From NCBI GenBank assembly GCA_036558125.1, contig DATBGE010000026.1, forward strand, positions 17,382-81,381: DNA of 64,000 bases. Direction: 5' to 3'. The first letter of the stretch is position 1. Each line of letters starts with the position of its first letter. A program made the translations under genes and the position numbers. This DNA is from Gemmatimonadales bacterium. Its GTDB lineage: Bacteria > Gemmatimonadota > Gemmatimonadetes > Gemmatimonadales > GWC2-71-9. Below the pieces are notes generated by a model, which was not told the origin of the DNA, made no database searches, and worked only from the letters and a program-made list of their open reading frames with translations. Positions 59,840-64,000 of this stretch are shown piece by piece.

Positions 59840-60388
59840 ATGATTGACCCGGCAGTCGCAGGTCGAATCCGGCTGCTCGGGCTCGACGTGGACGGGGTGC
59901 TCACCGACAATGCGGTATTTCTCGGGCTGGTTGCGGGACAGCGGGTTGAGTTCAAACGATTCGACATTCAGGATGGCCTGGGGATCGGTCTCGCCCGGCG
60001 ACTCGGCATGGTGGTGGCCCTGGTAAGTGGTCGTTACTCGGACGCCACGACATTGCGCGCCACCGAGCTCAAGATCGATGAGGTGATTCAGGACAAGGAA
60101 GCGCGAAAGGTACCCGCCATGACCGAGATGCTGATGCGGCGGGGCATCGGGTGGGATGAAGTCGCCTTCGTGGGCGATGATCTCGCCGACCTGCCGGTGT
60201 TACGCCGGGTCGGATTGCCCATCGCCGTGGCCAATGCGGTGGCTGAAGTGAAAGAGCTCGCCGCCTACACCACGACGGCTCGTGGCGGCAGCGGGGCGGT
60301 GCGAGAGGTCATCGAGATACTATTTCGCGCCCAGGGACGCTGGGACGAAGCGGTGCGCATCTACCTCGGGGATCGAGGCGAGCGCTAG
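59840..60388 (+). CDS. kdsC: KDO-8-phosphate phosphatase (HAD superfamily)
   Basis: LGLDVDGVLTD HAD motif I, VGDDLADLPV motif III, size 182 aa. Confidence 0.85.
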   Translation: MIDPAVAGRIRLLGLDVDGVLTDNAVFLGLVAGQRVEFKRFDIQDGLGIGLARRLGMVVALVSGRYSDATTLRATELKIDEVIQDKEARKVPAMTEMLMRRGIGWDEVAFVGDDLADLPVLRRVGLPIAVANAVAEVKELAAYTTTARGGSGAVREVIEILFRAQGRWDEAVRIYLGDRGER

Positions 60389-60414
60389 GCTGGCGCGGCG
60401 GCCGAGGCGGACAG

Positions 60415-61047
60415 ATGGAGGGCGATGGCATGACCGGCTGGCGTGGAGCAAAGACGAGTTGGCTGGGACGGAAGGGACTTCTCCTTTCCGCCTCGACCGC
60501 CGTGTGCGCCCTGTCCGCCCTGTCGGCCTGCCAGGAAGAGGTAGTCCGTCCTTCGGTGACGCTGGAGGCCGCGGATACCGCGGACCAGGTGCTGTATGGC
60601 ATGCAGCACTATGTCACCGACCAGGGATTACGGCGGTCGCTGGTCGAAGCCGACACTGCCTATGTCTATCAAAACACCCAGATGGTCGAGATGCGGGGCG
60701 TGAAGGTCACTTTCTACAGCCCGAGTGGAGAAATCACCTCGACTGTCACCGGTGATTCAGGGACGTACCTGACTCGGGACGGGTCGATGAGCGCCCGGGG
60801 GAACGTCGTCGCGGTAACGCCCGACGGCCGCACCTTGCGGAGCCAGGAGCTCAAGTACGACAGTCGCAGTCAGAAAATTTCTTCCGACAAGCCCTTTGTC
60901 TACGACCGGGCGGATCAGCACCTGGAAGGCAACGGGTTCACCTCCGATCCGGACTTCCGGAATGTCGTCACCAAGCAGCCACGCGGCGGCCAACGTCCCA
61001 ATGCGAAGCCGGGCGATACCACCGGGTTCCTGCTGCCTGGGCAATGA
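60415..61047 (+). CDS. lptC: LptC-like LPS export protein (predicted lipoprotein)
   Basis: Position kdsC-lptC-lptA-lptB. OstA-like strands (GDSGTYLTRDGSMSARGNVVAVTPDG). Lipobox LSAC in the N-terminus. Confidence 0.65.
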   Translation: MEGDGMTGWRGAKTSWLGRKGLLLSASTAVCALSALSACQEEVVRPSVTLEAADTADQVLYGMQHYVTDQGLRRSLVEADTAYVYQNTQMVEMRGVKVTFYSPSGEITSTVTGDSGTYLTRDGSMSARGNVVAVTPDGRTLRSQELKYDSRSQKISSDKPFVYDRADQHLEGNGFTSDPDFRNVVTKQPRGGQRPNAKPGDTTGFLLPGQ

Positions 61048-62372
61048 TGCGGATCGCCCCGGTACTCCTGGCCCTTTTCTGGGCGGCCCCGCTCGCCGCT
61101 CAAGGCGGCGGTACGTGCCGATTCCACCTCGACCGGGTGGGTGGACTGGGCCAGCAGGTCATCGTCGGGGGAGACACTAACTATTACGCAGGCGGCGGTG
61201 TTCGGATCACCTGCCAGGGTACCTCGGTTTCGATGGACAGCGACAGCGCGGCGTTCTATGGGCGGCGCACCGGTACCATCGTCGAGTTCATCGGCCATGT
61301 GAAGTACCGTGATTCGCTGGTCACTATGGACGCCAATCGCGGCACCTACTACCGCTCCGGTGAACGCTGGGAGGCTCGCGGAAACGTAGTGACCGAGAAT
61401 CTCCAGAATGGATCCAAGATGGTCGGACCGTCGCTCGACTATTACCGGGCGATCAAAGGCACGCGCGACACAGTGGAGATGTTCTCGGTGGGGCGCCCAA
61501 CCATCACGTATCAGACAGTGGATTCGACCGGCACCAAGGGCGAGCCCTACGTGATCGTGGCCGACCGGGTCCGGATGAAAGGAAACGATCGGATCTGGGG
61601 GGGCGGGCAGGTCACGATCGACCGGAGCGACTTCAAGGCCCGGGGCGATTCCCTTCGACTCGATACCGGCGCGGGAAACGACGGCGCCCTCATCGGGAAG
61701 CCGAGCGTTGAGGGAACCGGCAAGGACTCCTTCACTCTGACCGGTAAACGGATCGATCTCAAGCTGGATCACCAGGAATTGAGCTATGTCACGGCCGTGG
61801 ACTCGGGACACGCGGTGACCAGGGACATGGACCTGACAGCTGACACGATCGGGCTTGGGATCACCGGCCGGCAACTGGTGCAGACCGTTGCCTGGGGTGA
61901 CAGCATTCGTCCCCTCGCCGTAGCGACCGACTACGAAATCCGCGCCGACTCGCTCGCCATCGATACCCCCGGACAGCGCCTGAAAGAGACCCGCTCCTTC
62001 GGCAAAGCCTGGGTAGGCGGCAAGATCGACGTGGAGACGAACGAGCGCGATTGGATGAGCGGCGACACGGTGACGGCGCGGTTCGCCCAGTATGACTCCG
62101 CCGGAACCGTGAAAACGGCGTTGGCCGCCATTGAGGCCAGCGGAACCGCGAAGTCCTACTACCGGATCGCCAGCACGAAAAAGGGAGAAAGCCGTCCTTC
62201 GATCAATTACTCGCGGGGCGACCGGATCGCGGTGCAGATGAAGTCAACCGGAAACCGCGGCGTGGAGCGGGTGGACATCCGGGGGAACGTGGACGGAATT
62301 CAGCTCGAGCCGGCGGCGACCTCGGCCGATACGACCAAGGCGGACTCCTCGGCGGCGGGGAAGCAGACGTGA
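61044..62372 (+). CDS. lptA: LptA/OstA-N family periplasmic protein, about double usual length
   Basis: Signal MMRIAPVLLALFWAAPLAAQ. Repeated OstA-like segments (ADRVRMKGNDRIWGGGQVTIDR, ARGDSLRLD, ADSLAIDT). ATGA overlap with lptC. Confidence 0.6.
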   Translation: MMRIAPVLLALFWAAPLAAQGGGTCRFHLDRVGGLGQQVIVGGDTNYYAGGGVRITCQGTSVSMDSDSAAFYGRRTGTIVEFIGHVKYRDSLVTMDANRGTYYRSGERWEARGNVVTENLQNGSKMVGPSLDYYRAIKGTRDTVEMFSVGRPTITYQTVDSTGTKGEPYVIVADRVRMKGNDRIWGGGQVTIDRSDFKARGDSLRLDTGAGNDGALIGKPSVEGTGKDSFTLTGKRIDLKLDHQELSYVTAVDSGHAVTRDMDLTADTIGLGITGRQLVQTVAWGDSIRPLAVATDYEIRADSLAIDTPGQRLKETRSFGKAWVGGKIDVETNERDWMSGDTVTARFAQYDSAGTVKTALAAIEASGTAKSYYRIASTKKGESRPSINYSRGDRIAVQMKSTGNRGVERVDIRGNVDGIQLEPAATSADTTKADSSAAGKQT

Positions 62373-63535
62373 GCGGCTGGATCGATCGGTTCGTCGGGCG
62401 GGATCCTTCGCTGCCCCTGGCCCTCGCGGCCCTGGCCCGCGATGCCGACCTGACCGGTGCCCTCGAGTTCAAGGCGCTCTCGGTGTCCTACCGTCAGACC
62501 TTCCTGCAGACCCTGGCCGATGCCGGGGTGCGCAGCGGGCCCGAGCTGTCTGAGGACGAAGTGCACGAGAACCTGGTTCGCTCGGTTCTTCCCCGACTGG
62601 CGGACGAGGGCTGGATCGCGAGCCCGGCCGCCGGGGACTGGTCGGTGGTGCGGGCGCTGGGCGAATGGTGGAGCGAGACTCTGAGAGACCGCGACGGGGT
62701 ACGTCTCCAGCTGATCCACGCCGCGGTGCAGGGCATGCGCGCCCGTGTGGCCTCGGTTCACGAAGGGGGACCGCTTGCCGGCGGTAGCGTCCTGGAAGGC
62801 TTGAACCTCAGCAAGACGTTCAAGCGCCGGAAAGTCGTGGACGACGTGAGCGTCCGGCTGCAGCAGGGCGAGATCGTTGGATTGCTGGGCCCGAACGGCG
62901 CCGGCAAGACTACCACCTTCTATCTGATTACCGGGTTGATCCGCCCCGACGAAGGCCAGGTGCTGTTCGACGGCGTCGAGCTGACCAACATGCCGATGTA
63001 TCGGCGGGCCAGGCAGGGCATCGGGTATCTCGCGCAGGAGCCGAGTGTCTTCCGAAAGATGACGGTAGAGGAGAACATCATCGCGATTCTCGAGACAATG
63101 GACCTCTCCCGCGCCGAGCGACGGACGCGGCTGGAAACGCTGCTGGACGAGCTCTCTATCAAGCACTTACGGAAGAGCAAGGCCTACGCGCTTTCCGGCG
63201 GCGAGCGCCGCAGGCTGGAGATCACTCGCGCGCTGGTGACCAATCCCAAGTTCATGCTGCTCGACGAACCGTTTGCCGGAGTCGACCCCATCGCGGTCCA
63301 CGACATTCAGACCATCGTCGCCGGCCTCCGCCATCGGGGCATCGGTGTCCTGATCACCGACCACAACGTCGAGCAGACGCTCGACATCGTGGATCGCGCC
63401 TACATCATGTTCGAAGGCAAGGTGCAGGTCTCGGGACCAGTGCGAGACTTGGTGTTCGACGACCGCGTCGCCGAGCTCTATCTCGGTCCGACCCTCACGG
63501 CGCGGCTCCGCGCCCGCCTGGAGGACGCAGCGTGA
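62369..63535 (+). CDS. lptB: LPS export ABC ATPase LptB with an unknown N-terminal extension of about 120 aa
   Basis: Residues from ~140 on are canonical LptB: GLLGPNGAGKTTTFY, LSGGERRRLEITRAL, LLDEPFAGVDP. The GTG at 62369 overlaps the lptA stop. An internal Met lies at 62735. Confidence 0.85.
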   Translation: MSGWIDRFVGRDPSLPLALAALARDADLTGALEFKALSVSYRQTFLQTLADAGVRSGPELSEDEVHENLVRSVLPRLADEGWIASPAAGDWSVVRALGEWWSETLRDRDGVRLQLIHAAVQGMRARVASVHEGGPLAGGSVLEGLNLSKTFKRRKVVDDVSVRLQQGEIVGLLGPNGAGKTTTFYLITGLIRPDEGQVLFDGVELTNMPMYRRARQGIGYLAQEPSVFRKMTVEENIIAILETMDLSRAERRTRLETLLDELSIKHLRKSKAYALSGGERRRLEITRALVTNPKFMLLDEPFAGVDPIAVHDIQTIVAGLRHRGIGVLITDHNVEQTLDIVDRAYIMFEGKVQVSGPVRDLVFDDRVAELYLGPTLTARLRARLEDAA

Positions 63536-64000
63536 AGACGGGACTCTCTCAGACCGCCACACTGCGCCAGGACCTGCGGATCAATCCGCGGCTCTACCAG
63601 GCCATGGACATGTTGTACATGCCCATGATGGACCTCCAACTCCACCTGAAACAGGAGCTGCTGGTCAATCCCTTCCTGGAGCTGGTGGAGCCGGAAGAGG
63701 AAGAAACCCCCGCCGAAACGTCGACCAAGGAAGAGGAGAAGGAAAAGACCGCCAACGAGAACGAAACCGATTGGGAAGAGATCCTGCTCAACGGCTTCGA
63801 GGTGCCCGGCGGCGTACGGGAAGAATACGAGCACAAGGAATACACCGAGCCGGTCTCGGTCGAGAAGACCGACCTGATAGATCATCTCCGCGAGCAGCTC
63901 CAGATGATGGTCCTGAGCCCTCGCCAAAGCCTCCTTTCTGAAGAGTTTCTGGGCAACATCAAGGAAGACGGCTACCTCGCCGCCTCGGTGGAAGAGATCC
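63532..64000 (+). CDS. rpoN: RNA polymerase sigma-54 factor, N-terminal part (3' end outside window)
   Basis: The GTG overlaps the lptB stop. Sigma-54 region I in LSQTATLRQDLRINPRLYQAMDMLYMPMMDLQLHLKQELLVNPFLE, an acidic region II, then LGNIKEDGYL. Confidence 0.88.
   Translation, partial: MKTGLSQTATLRQDLRINPRLYQAMDMLYMPMMDLQLHLKQELLVNPFLELVEPEEEETPAETSTKEEEKEKTANENETDWEEILLNGFEVPGGVREEYEHKEYTEPVSVEKTDLIDHLREQLQMMVLSPRQSLLSEEFLGNIKEDGYLAASVEEI

Noticed and set aside
62735-63535. Annotating lptB as the short 267-aa form only
   Set aside because: This is not fully rejected. It is disfavoured because it would leave a 360-bp protein-like open frame unexplained, and because the GTG at 62369 overlaps the upstream stop, as at other junctions in this operon. 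See the finding at 62369-62734.

Overview
High-GC, gene-dense bacterial chromosomal segment with about 60 protein genes, almost all tightly packed or overlapping by 1-8 nt. I found no rRNA, tRNA, CRISPR array, transposase or phage genes. The LPS/Kdo and Lpt genes, an Omp85 barrel and many lipoproteins indicate a diderm. A Gemmatimonadota- or Acidobacteriota-like origin is only a guess from style and composition.

Gene content, in order:
- 3' end of sdhB, then an uncharacterised exported protein and two tandem Ig-like/beta-propeller lipoproteins.
- A secreted M1 peptidase, head-to-head with an FHA-domain protein.
- A decayed gene remnant, then dcd.
- A complete 14-gene nuoA-N operon, running straight into phosphomannomutase and a UPF0182-like membrane protein.
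- sucCD, an EIIA(Ntr)-like/CBS fusion, and ndk.
- yceD-rpmF-plsX-fabHDG-acpP-fabF.
- A Rieske/flavoprotein fusion and two diverged GYF-like membrane proteins.
- A Tat-type amidase plus a POTRA-less Omp85 barrel.
- The futalosine genes (mqnE-like, mqnA, mqnC-like) plus ispF.
- A DedA/TerB-like fusion, a secreted S8 protease with PKD domains, and a Xer recombinase.
- An ABC ATPase / large permease / VanZ-like operon.
- An anchored coiled-coil protein plus an orphan glutamine amidotransferase.
- kdsB-pyrG-kdsA-kdsC-lptC-lptA-lptB and the start of rpoN.

No recognisable defence, toxin-antitoxin or mobile system is present. The most plausible undescribed biology, all hypotheses:
- (a) The exported-protein + twin-lipoprotein cassette at 429-5167.
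- (b) The paired GYF-like/PA-rich/TM proteins at 38213-40807.
- (c) A roughly 120-aa unknown N-terminal domain fused to LptB.
- (d) The EIIA-CBS protein translationally coupled to sucD.
- (e) The ABC/permease/VanZ operon.
- (f) Two AT-rich palindromes built from tandem heptamers, at 8317-8389 and 14382-14450.

All calls rest on reading the translated ORFs and remembered family motifs. No database search was run.
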